DNA of 64,000 nt. Source: Perna viridis. Lineage: Eukaryota. The position numbers and the translations under genes are program-made. Under the pieces are notes generated by a model. That model did not search any database, was not told where the DNA came from, and was given only the letters and a program-made list of their open reading frames with translations. The stretch is taken from the NCBI GenBank assembly GCA_037379345.1, contig CM074522.1, positions 26,350,001-26,414,000 of the forward strand, given 5' to 3'. This document shows positions 13,501 to 25,500 of the stretch, one piece after another; within the stretch, counting starts at the first letter, position 1; the number at the start of each line of letters is the position of its first letter.

Positions 13501-16500
13501 ATTTTATATACCGAAATGATGTATGGCTGCTAAATGTAAACATGTAATAGATGGAATGACAAAGACATTGCTCGTTCAACAGATGCATAGTTATTACGAA
13601 CCAAATGGAAAATAACACAAACGGAAAATCGGTTTTATATGGATGTTTTAAAAAAGTAGGTTATGTTCTTTTATGTATAAAAGCAATGGTGTATAGATAA
13701 AAAAACTCATATTATTAAAAACCAAACTGCATTAAAGTATATTTTATGTCAATGAACCTGTGACTCTTAAGTTTTTATAGTAATCATGCTAACCACATTT
13801 TGAGAGAAAATCAATACATAGTTTCCAAGTATAAAGAAAGGACAGGGAAAATAGAAACGTAAAAAAACCAAAAAACACGTGTACAAAATCAAAGTATATG
13901 AGCTTCCCGGATTCCATTAAAGATTAATGGAGTATAGTTTAGGTGCGCCGATAGTTTAAGGATACTCCTCTTTTCTAAAAACACACCCACGGAGTTGTTC
14001 ATACAATGCCACGTCTAGTGAAGAGAACAATAAATGGAAAACCATGCCACCATAAACAAAATCTTTTCATATTGTGCAGGGGGATACGTATACATCATGA
14101 CAATGCACGAGTTAATGATGACGATCATAAAACTTCTGCGGTGATAACGTTTATCTTATAGCTGCATAACCTTGTCTCAGAAGTCTTATTGTAAGAAGTC
14201 TAGCACGGTACAAAATGTTTTTTGATCGGCTTGAAAAATGGATGATTACTTTGATGTTCATATCAAAAAAACGATTCGGTCTTGACGTATTTTTTATTTT
14301 TATTTTTATCTTGTACCTTCCAATGAACAAGGGTTGTTCTTAAATTCATTTGAACCTACACTGTGCAAAGAAATGGACGGTGACATCTCAGGTTCTTTTC
14401 CCTTTTGAAATCATTAAAACTGGCTGGCTTCTTTCAGAAACATTAAATTAAATTTGTCTTACGTGTGTCACATTTTTGACCTTCAAATCCAGGTGAACAT
14501 ACGCACGAGTATCCATTATTATGGCTCACACATTGTCCATGAATGCAAGGGTTGTTTAGACAATCTAAGTATTATTAAGAACTGGCAATACTACACTGTT
14601 TTCATTATCTTTCTTTAATATTTAAAATATTAGAACGTGAATAAGACAGAAATATTAAAATCATTTAGATACAAGACACAAAAATACAAAAAAATACCAA
14701 AAAACAAACATTTATTTTTAGGATATATTTGGATGTATACATACGTGTGTGGTGGTGGGGTATGCGTTTTTCAAAGGAAACCATAAACACTTCAGACAAT
14801 GATCTATATTTTCCAGTAGGACCTCATCATTTGGAGTACAGTAAATTATTTTCATTTTTTTTTATTTCCTTTTAAGTATACTTAAACTACATATATGTGA
14901 ACCGTCAGTTTTCATAGGATGGATTTGATTTAGCAAGTAGTTTTTCCATACAACTTCATATATACATGAATCTGACAAAGGATTCATTTAGATATCACTT
15001 ATCCTATCGTACTTTTTTGTAATATGGTTATATCACATTGTTTTATGAAATAATTATGTGTTGACCCCAATAGAGTAGATCTGAACGACTGTGTGTGAGT
15101 GCGTGTATTGATTTTCTTTCTGACACATAATTAGAATCTTAACCACATATATTCATCCTTTGTTTGCTATATTAAACGTTAAAATGATTTCATTTTCGAA
15201 TATAATAACAAAAGTGTGAGATGCATATATAATATTAAATCTTATACCTCTCCAGTAAAATATAGAAATACTCACGATCTATAACTGCAATATAAATGTA
15301 AATAATTTTCAGGTTCCAGAAAAAAAATCATATCTTGACAACTTGATTTTAACCTCGTATTTTTAACTCATTCAAGAATTGAAGGCTAGAAGTGTATTGA
15401 TAAACTGTAGCAGATGAACTAGATGCCACAATTTTGTTCATTATTGTTACGGGATCATTTGAATCTTCAGTCGTTATCAATTTTATTTAGAGTCTTTCCA
15501 AGTTTCAGACAGGAGGTGATTCGTGCATGTGAAAAACACACAAAATTCACTTTTATTTCTAATTTAAATACAGTTTTATGTCACATAAGCAGTCTTATGA
15601 TGTCAATATGTTGTTAAAACTTAAGATCAATCATTTTATAATGTGTACATTAATTGGTACTTTGAAAGCGTTATCATTCTTGATTTATTGCTTTACGTGG
15701 TGTTGAATGCATGGTTTTCTACAAAGTATAGACATGTATACGGAAATGACTATAAATGTATGAATTATGTGTATTGAATATCATTGGTTTAAAGGGTTTT
15801 TCTTCACAAAGAAGCTCATCTGTCATCGGCGGTGTTTAGATCGTAAATGGACTAGTACTAATTAAAGTATTGAAAAAAATAAAGATCGACATAAAATTTA
15901 ATAATACCTCGATTACATATTGTGCCACCGTACCCTTTGTTGCATGTGCAGCTAAATCCGTTCAAAGTATTCTGACACGTTCCGAATACGCATGGATTTG
16001 ATAAACAATCTACATATACAAAAAACAACCATAATCTTTATTTCTTTATCTAATTAACTGTTGAAGTACAACATGTTACATATACAGAAACTATTTTTTT
16101 GTGAAAATATTCGATGTTTACCGACGCATACACAATTCCAGGAAATATGATTTTCATAAATAAATTAAGATTTAATGCAATAAGCAAACCAACCTGATCA
16201 TAAGTAACAAAATGAATTATAACAATTATATTATAAATTGAATACGACATTACTGAATAGAAGATAAATAGTATATAAGAAATGAATATATATATATATA
16301 TATATAACATCTCAGAATGTGACGACTCTATTCTCTACTCTGCTCCATCGGATCAAATTGATACAGGGAAGATAACGTAAACTTAATTCCCAACGATGTT
16401 AGAACTGTCAACTTTGTGAAGCAGAACTCGAACTCGAGCTTTCGCTGGCCGTGTCATTCCTCCTCGTAGGATTAATCTAGGGCTGTAACTTAGTACATGA

Positions 16501-19500
16501 TGTATGGTAGTACGGAACAGTTCATCTAGGTGATTATGTAGGATATAGTATCAAATTAATATATATTATATATATTTTATAAATTTACGTTATCTTTTTG
16601 TATCATTTTGATCCGATGGAGCAATGAGCGAAATGCAGTTGCCATACTGTGCAGTGTTCAGCAGAGCACGATGTCTGGATTTTAGCTAACCGTCAACATT
16701 CTGGGCGAACTAGGGTCATATCAGTTGTTTAAAATTGCTACATCAGAGTTCTGTACGTTAGAGACCGGATCGTGAATCAACAGAAACAACTCTGATACAC
16801 AGAGTCAAACACTATAAACACCGCTCGTTCCAGAGATGAAGTTTTGACATTACACATGCTGGCTGCAATGAACCTCCGTCGGGAAGTTCTTCAGCACGAC
16901 AACACTCCTTTGCACACAACTCTTGCAACTGCTAACACTATTATAAACCAGAACGTAATAGTGCTCCACCAAATGTGAACCCACTTGAACATTTGTGGGA
17001 CGGTTTTAATCGACGTGTTCCCAGACGGCAACCAAAACCATCTGGGATAATAGTATTCGTCGTTTGATCCAGTCTAAGGCGAAATAGGTCAATTCTGTTT
17101 TTCAGGTGCACAATAGATATTGAGTTTTGATGTTAGAATTGCTTAATTTTAACCTTTTAATCAATTCTTATACATGAAGAACCAGTGAGCCAAATTTCAG
17201 TGCAATGTTGTGCTCATGATTATATTTTATGTGTTGCGTTTCTTATTGTGATGAATATATTGGAATCAAACTACAGCCCTAAAAGCAGGGATTTATATGT
17301 GCATATAACACGTAACATATTACAAATCAATAAACAATACTCAATCAACGAAATGTAAACTGGTTTTTACTTACGCTCGGTTACTGTAAAAATAAAAGAC
17401 TCATAACATAAAAACTGAATGCTTTGCATCATTCAACAGTATTTTTATCTGTCGATTTTTCTCTATTTTATACAACATTTCTTTGTAATTGATATGAAAA
17501 CTGTACCTGTTTTGAGTGAGAAGGTAAAAAGCCATTACGCATAGTATACACGTGGCCTCTTGATAGTATGGAAACAGGTAATTTCAACAGTAGATTTAAT
17601 GCAATATTTTAAATTAAATGAATTAATTTTGAAAGGAATCCACTTACGAGAAAATTTATGCCGACAAAAACTAGAATGTTCCTTATGTAAAAACAAAAGA
17701 TAAGTATTTCTAATTCAACGCTTAATATGTCTAACGCAAATGCAGATTGTAATATCCGCATATCAAATGCATGGTGTTTACCAGTTTCACAACGTGTTCC
17801 ATTGTATCCTGTGTAACACTGACATGTAAACCCATATCGGTTGTCCAAACATTTTCCGTTACCATGACACGGATCAGGATAGCAATCTTTAAATTAAACA
17901 GACCATTATAAATCAGGGTAAGGTTTGATAAAAGAGATATATACACATTGTAACAAACCGAATAAAAATGCTTACACTTACCCTTACTTGAAAAGGGAAA
18001 CAAGACGTCACACGGACAAAAAACACTAGTTATATGAACTACCATAAAAAAACGGGAGCTGCGGAAGAGTTACCATCCAAGTGATTATAATCATGAAATA
18101 ATCTACCAACAATAATGAAACTCCCCGACATGTGTTTGTTTGAACAGAAATATATAGTCTTGTTTGTTTGTTTGTTTGTTTGTTTGTTTGTTTGTTTGTT
18201 TTCTTTTTCGCAAGCGATATGAATAATTAGGAAAACATTCAGTTCATTCTAAACACTTGCGGTAAAACAAAATAAAACAAAAAAAAAAACATTTAAAAAA
18301 AACAATATTAAAAAAAAATTATCAATTATTTATTGGTAACATATTTCTTTGGAATGACTGAATGATTTACTAAAACAATATAAGCTATCACTACAAAATA
18401 CAAAATTTTAACTATACTTACTATAGGCTACTATCAAGAAAATAGAAAAAAGAGTATGATATTAAGGATAGCGGAAACTGTTGTAGTGATTTATTTAGTT
18501 AAAACTCTGGAAAGAGTGTCTTATATATGTAGATGCTCTAGAGCATGAATAGTTGAAAATCGTTCCGTCGGTAATGACCTATTTCGGAAATGACGTATAC
18601 TGTTAGGAAGTAATTGTTTGAATTTTAAAAAAGACGCACAGCGCGTGTTTTAAATAGTTTGGAAGATTTGGTCGACAAATGTCGATTATAGCGGTGCATT
18701 ATCAACAACATAAAATATTATTTGAGTATGAGTCGATCTCTTCCTAACATGCAACCATGAAGTTTAATTTGCTAGGAGCTGATCTTCAAAAGAAATGAAA
18801 AAGAATAGATTTGTTAGTGAAATGCAAGAAAAGGAGCCGTGTATAACCTAAATATAAGACATAAATACTCTCAGTGATCAGCAATATGTCTTCACCAAGT
18901 CTACACAAAATTAAGTTAGCAGTTAGCTATGAAAGGCCCAAACAACAAAGGTACGATAACAGAACGATCATATTTTTCATAACAAACTAAAAAGAAAAAA
19001 TGACACTAAGACACATCAATGACTATCATCGCCTTACTGTGGACAGGTACTTGTCTGCAATGGGGGGTCATAATAAAAAAAAACAATTGTTAACTTGAAA
19101 TTTAAAGAGAACTCGAAACATCGGTTTCTGATTATTTCAAAATGCATGCATTATTTTTAGTAACAAGAATGAAATTGTGTTTTTGTAATTATATAGCTAC
19201 AAGAAATGTCCGAAAAAAATCCGTGTATCGTTTAAAATTTGATTTGATCCATATTTAAAGTAGTTCAATAGCAAATTTGTGTGTTTGCGTTGTATCCATA
19301 CAAACGTATTTAAATGCTTACAATTATTGGTTATCATATATTTAAAGGTTATTGTTAAATATTATTGTTAGTGTATTAAGCCCCTTTCTCCCCTATACTC
19401 GAGAAATATTTTCATTTTATAGGAAGAAACTGAAAATCACTGTAACTGACCCATAATGCCAGTCACCCATCACCCTTTTCTGAAACCTAAATCAGCCAAA

Positions 19501-22500
19501 ACAATTCCGCGGGTATAATGATATTGCTCAGAGCAATATCTGTCAATATGATTGCAAAATACAGTAATATCAGTACTTAAAATATGTTTATCAAATTCAT
19601 TTCAAGGATCAAATTTATCACCTTACTTTGATCACACTTTGTTCCTTGGTAACCATTATTACATAAACAGGAATAACCATGTAATTCATTCAGACATCTT
19701 CCATGCACACATGGGTTAGCAGGATTGCAATCTTCAAAGGTACAAAAAATATATTCATTTTATTTTGGTTACATGCATACATAATTCTAGAATCTATGAG
19801 GCAAGAAGTGCTATAGAATTCATAGAAAATTTCAATATTGTTCAAACGTCATGTATTGTTTAAGCGTGGTAATTTTAACAATTTCTCATCACAATCGACC
19901 ACATTTTGTTTCTTTGCTAGATAAGTGTAGGTTCTTAAGAAGTATAAATAGAATTACTTGCCATCATATATTTATTGTTTGTTTGTTTTTTTGTTGGGGT
20001 TTAATGTCCGAGCAGCAATATTTCAGCTATATTCAGACGATGAACATAAAATTGATAAATGAACATGAAATGATGATGAAATGAAAGAGGGATGGTACAC
20101 AAGGACAATGGGGTCGACAAATTTTGATTGCCACTGGAAACAGGGAGAGCACCACAGTAGGATTCTTTAACGTGCGAGGAACGTGGCATCTTTCCCAACA
20201 CGGGGCACCACTATGGTTTGCGGTCAGGTTTTCCGTATTATAGCCTGACAACCCTAGTATGTAACACGCCAGGGGTACCCCATTCCACCACCTGGGGCAC
20301 ACATCGCAGTTGCTCTGTGGGCAGAGCGCCCTAGCCCCGGCTATGGTTCTGAGCACTATTTAGTCGCCTTTTACGACAAGCTTAGCGCTGCTGCAGGCCT
20401 ATTCTTTTAACACCCGGACCTGCGCGGGGCCATCATATATTTAGAGGTTATTGTTAAATATTTTAATTTGATGAGAATCCTGCCATTTGATTGGTTTGTT
20501 GACAAATATCAACATTGTTTCCATTGTATAAACTAAATTGCTATTTAGGCAACGCCCATCTTTTACGGAACTACTTTTTGTTTGTCAACATCCGAAACAA
20601 CGTTTTTAGTCACATTGTAACGTTGAAACGTGTTCACGTTTTGACAGTAAATTATTAACAAACTTTATGTCCGCCGGGTTATGTCAAATTCCTGCTTTAA
20701 TAACTGTGTCTTCAATTTTGGAAAATAACTGAACATTTTCCAGTGATGAAATGACAGCGTCTTGCCGCTGATTTTAAAATGGCGACCACTTTGTTTACTA
20801 GAATCACTACATGGCGGGAAAATTAAAGTTGCTGTTTACTCAGTGTTAATAAAAGTGATGGATATTTAATTTTTTTTATTTAAGTAATATCGTTAGTGTG
20901 TTAAGCCCTTTTCTCCCCTATACTCAAGAAATGTGTTTGATTTTATAGGAAGAAACTGAAAATCACAGTAACTGACCCATAATGCCATTCGGAATTATTT
21001 TTTATGCAATATTTTTTGGGGAAATTGGGTCCTGTTTTGTTTTGTTTTTTGTTTTTTTTTTTTTGTTCGGCGTTTTTGTGGGGGACCTATTCACAAAAAT
21101 ACTCTATAGCAGGCACAAAAATGATGTTTTTTTTTTTGCATTTTTGTTCTTACTAGATTTTTACTGAAACAAATAGGACACTTTAAGGATACAAAATTTT
21201 GTTCACGGCGCGCGTACATTATAATCAAAACATTATATGAATATATTAATTCGGTTCTTTAAAAAAAATTCCAATATAAAACTTACCTAGGATTTAGACA
21301 AATATATTGTGTATATACCATCTTATATATTGTATAGAAACTATTGTTACTAAATATTGTTAAAAGACCTTACACAATAGCATAGAAATTATAAACGTAA
21401 AAATCAAGCTTACACTTGTGTTAATCCAATTCCTCTCTTTCAAAATGTAATATGACGCAAAATATACTTACGATTAACGTCTACAAAAAAGTATCGTTGT
21501 CAGCATTTGTTTAAAAAAGAAACAGTAATTATACAGGAATAAATGCAACAAATGTTTTCATATGTCTCAAAACATTTGGAAGCATATGACTAGTATTTTT
21601 TTCTTTGCACATTTAAACTCACGAACTGCACATTTTGCTCAAATGCAAATGAAAGGAAATATAAGAAAATAGATATGGTGAGTATGTCAAACAGACAACC
21701 CCAACGGGATGAAATATGTCAACTCAAGGCCACCCATGGGTCTTCAAATGCCTTTAGTGATTTAAATCATCTGAGAAACATTTGTCTTCTTATTAACATT
21801 TTGATAAAAAAAATATCATAGATTTATTTCTTAATTGAAAATATGTTTTTTATATGTTTTCGCGGTGGTCCTAAACATGTGATAAAGATATGTTGCAATT
21901 TTTCCGTTGTACGTGTACATCATCTGTTCAGACGATAAACGATTTCAAATCATTTTTTAAGGTTAATCGGAAATTAAGGCTATTATTCGTGTAATGAATT
22001 ACGGAAATTGCCTAAATATATTTATTTTAGATTAACTTGATTATGATAAAACGTCTAAAGCACTTGTTCCATAAAATGTTTAAGGTAAGACACATTTTTT
22101 TATTTATTATCAAGCATATAGTTTCATCTTAAGATATAACCAGTTAGTATTTTTATATGTATAGTACAGCCATTTGTATATTTAAAGCAGTCAATTTTGT
22201 TATTTAAGCGATCACTGTATGATATACTGCTGATGGAACAAAACATATACTTACATTTATCACATCTAATTCCACTGTATAGTCCTTCACATATACACAC
22301 AAATTCAGTATTCGTGTTCAAACAACTTCCATGAACGCACGGATTTGGGTGACAATGGTCATACACACGTGAAATTCCTACAAGTTATAATGTTTTATAG
22401 TGTAAGCTTTGCTAAATGTTTTTTCAATGTAGCAGTGTTTTCATGAAGATTTGCCGGCAATTGTTTTTGTGTTAAACATCTAAACGTCTTGTTTATAATA

Positions 22501-25500
22501 GAAATGCCTGAATTATTTAAATCTGCAAGTTATATCAATTGATTTTTTATCGGTCTTTATTTGCGCAATCCCTCTGGTTTCAATATTAGTTTCTAACTTG
22601 ATATGCTAACTTTCATAAAATATTTAACAAGTGCATATGACCAACTGTGCAACTCAATAAAGAGATAGGAAGATATTGACTTAAAGTAAAACTGTTAAAC
22701 GTTGATCGATGACTAAACGTTTTTTTCTGGCACATACATTTACAATTACAATGTTGACATTTTGTATGTTCATGGCTAATTCACATCAACTAAAAAGAAC
22801 AAAACGAAAAACACACACACACACACAAAACATAACCTAAAACAAAAGAAAAAGCATTTCGCCTGATCGTACAATACCACAAAAATGATCTTATTAAGAT
22901 ACTAACGCGTGTTCGTACTTAACCATTCAGTAAATTCATCAGCAAAACAAAAGCCAACCCTGAAACATCTCCTAATCTCCTAAAGCTTTTCCAATATAAA
23001 TAATCACAAAAAGAACATGTCAACAAAAACAAATTGTCCATAACATAGTAAAATGTATACATATAAAGACAAAGAATGTTTTATGGCATTAGTTTGTTTA
23101 TATGACGTCATAATTGCACCACAACGATACATCAGTTAACAAATATTGCTGGAATTTTTTTCAGTTTTTCGGACATATACACCCAAAAAATAACTTTATT
23201 TGTTTACCTAAGGCGAACCATATTATAATCAATATATACATTGAATATGACGATGTTCCATTAGTTTAGACACCATTTCCTTACACAAAATATGACCAAA
23301 AGGTGACCAAAAAGTATAAAATTGACATGATACGTGCATCTGTATTTTGGTCAACTTGAAGCAATTCTGTTTAGTCCTTAAAGCAAGAATTATCAAAACT
23401 CCTTAAGTTTTCCCATATGTAAAGGGCTCAAGTCGCGAAATTCACAATTAATTTTTCAACATTTCATGACTAAATTTAATAGAATTTTAGGCCAATAGAA
23501 GGCTATAATACTAATTAAGTACATACTAAAACAGCATTATTTACTAACACAGCATTTAATAGATTTATTGAAAAAACTTGCTATGATCAAAATTGAGTAT
23601 ATGATTAAGATTCCTATCGAAATGAAAATAGGGTGCTATAAATCTATTAAAAGGTTAATGGGAGAATTTTATTTGAATGGAAATTAAGGCCATTATAACA
23701 TTCAAGGTTTCAGTACATAAACATTATAGGAGAAGACCATGTTATTGTGCAGGTCATAAATATCGAAACTTATCTGTTAAATATTCATGAAAATTAAATT
23801 GGAACAACATAATTTCCTTTTCGTAATTAATTAATCGAGATTTATAATTAGGAAATTTAAATTCCCGCGCCTATGGGCGCCACCATGATCGGTTGAACTG
23901 TGACGTCACGAAGTCGGTTTGTAAAGTGGAAGTAAATAGGTAATTGGTTACGATGTCCGAAGAAATCGTAAATTTGGGATTTTTCCCCTATAATATCAAC
24001 CCAAAATTAATAGAAAAAGAAATTGAGGCACATCATGTCAGACATCATTGACGAACAACGGGATTTGTAGCCAGATGACTAGTATTTGTAAGAAAAATCT
24101 TAGGCTACTTCCGAAGAATGTTCGTGTTGCTGGTAAAAAAAAAACTTTTAGAACATTTCTCTTTTATCATTCGTGTAATCGTAAACTTGACAAGTCATCG
24201 TGTTATGGTGATTAGATAAACTTGATCGTAGAAATATTTACGGAATATTCTTTGTTTACATATTATTTGCAGTACTTGCATCAGTATCAAACCGACTTAG
24301 TGACGTCACGAGCCAATCGGAAACTATGGGTAAAAATCAATAAAATCTGACTATGATCTTCCTTCAGATAGGAGAGTTCTGCAAGATGGCTATCCACTTA
24401 TATTTCAAGGATTCCGAACTTTGCATAGTCTTGAGCATTTTATAAAAGTGCATTTTGTATTTAAGGTTATTTATTTTTGTTTACGTGGGTATGATTTATC
24501 ATAAGAGCCTAATTTAATGCAAAGGTGGTCTTTCCCTTTAAAATATACAAACTGGTTATAAGATGTTTAAATGAGACAAATTTGTATCTTGATAAAAATG
24601 AAAATTTAAATGTATTTTCAAATACATGAATTTATATTTGTTTGATCAAGACCATCTTCATTTTGGTCATACAATAGCCGTCATTGCTACGTATGATATA
24701 AAATCTTTGACAACAAACACATCAATGTAAAATATGTAACAAAAAAACTTACTTTTCTCACAATTTGTACCTTGGTAACCATGGTTGCATGTACATGAAT
24801 ATCCTTGCAATTCATTTTTACATGTTCCATACATACATGGGTTAGAAAAGCAATCTACAAAAATGGGTTAATCATTTGCCTGATTTGTTTTATGAAGTAA
24901 TACAATAAAACTGGTACACGATAAACTCATGACTTTATATTATATTGCTGCAGTTCTAGAATTTATGAGGTGAGATATGATAGTATAAAATAAAACGATA
25001 TAAATTTGATTTTGTAAATCTTAACAATCTTATCAATTGCATCATATCGAAGTTTAATCAATTAATCGGTTGAACCTGTTTGTTTACACACCAAATGTAC
25101 GGACGTTGCCATCAGGGCATAAATTAAGGTAAGTTTTCCATAATTTTAATATATTTTGCTCTTGTTTTTGTTTCAAAATTAAGTTTGTGTATTACTTTGC
25201 CTTGAACATATAACATACATTAACAATACAAATACATGAGCTAAATGATTTCAATCACACAACAATGAAAGATCGTTGTCATATTTTATTTCTTGACAAG
25301 TGAACCGTAAAATTAATTTTGGTAATTGTGTTGAAAAAATTGGTACCTCAAGACTCGTGCATTTTATTATATTCTTCATCTCATGAACAAATTTAGTGTC
25401 TATATGATAAATCAGTAAACACATTTACAATATAATTGAATCATAGTGACACTAACTGCAAGCAAATTTGATTAATCCACTTAAAATTGCAAAAATAAGA

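Larger units (their letters stand above)
19332..20987 (+). repeat. ~130-bp intronic direct repeat flanking the EGF4 exon (19332-19461; second copy split into 20431-20460 and 20888-20987)
   Basis: Shared TCTCCCCTATACTC.AGAAAT...GGAAGAAACTGAAAATCAC.GTAACTGACCCATAATGCCA. Confidence 0.85.

Noticed and set aside
20033-20356. ORF-track proteins at 20033-20356 and 62993-63328 that resemble each other
   Set aside because: Both are read-through of the same non-coding SINE-like family with inconsistent frames.
23645-24545. Possible Kolobok-like element with two GTGACGTCAC palindromes (~23900, ~24300)
   Set aside because: Terminal repeats are too degenerate to delimit, and CRE-like palindromes are common inside such repeats.
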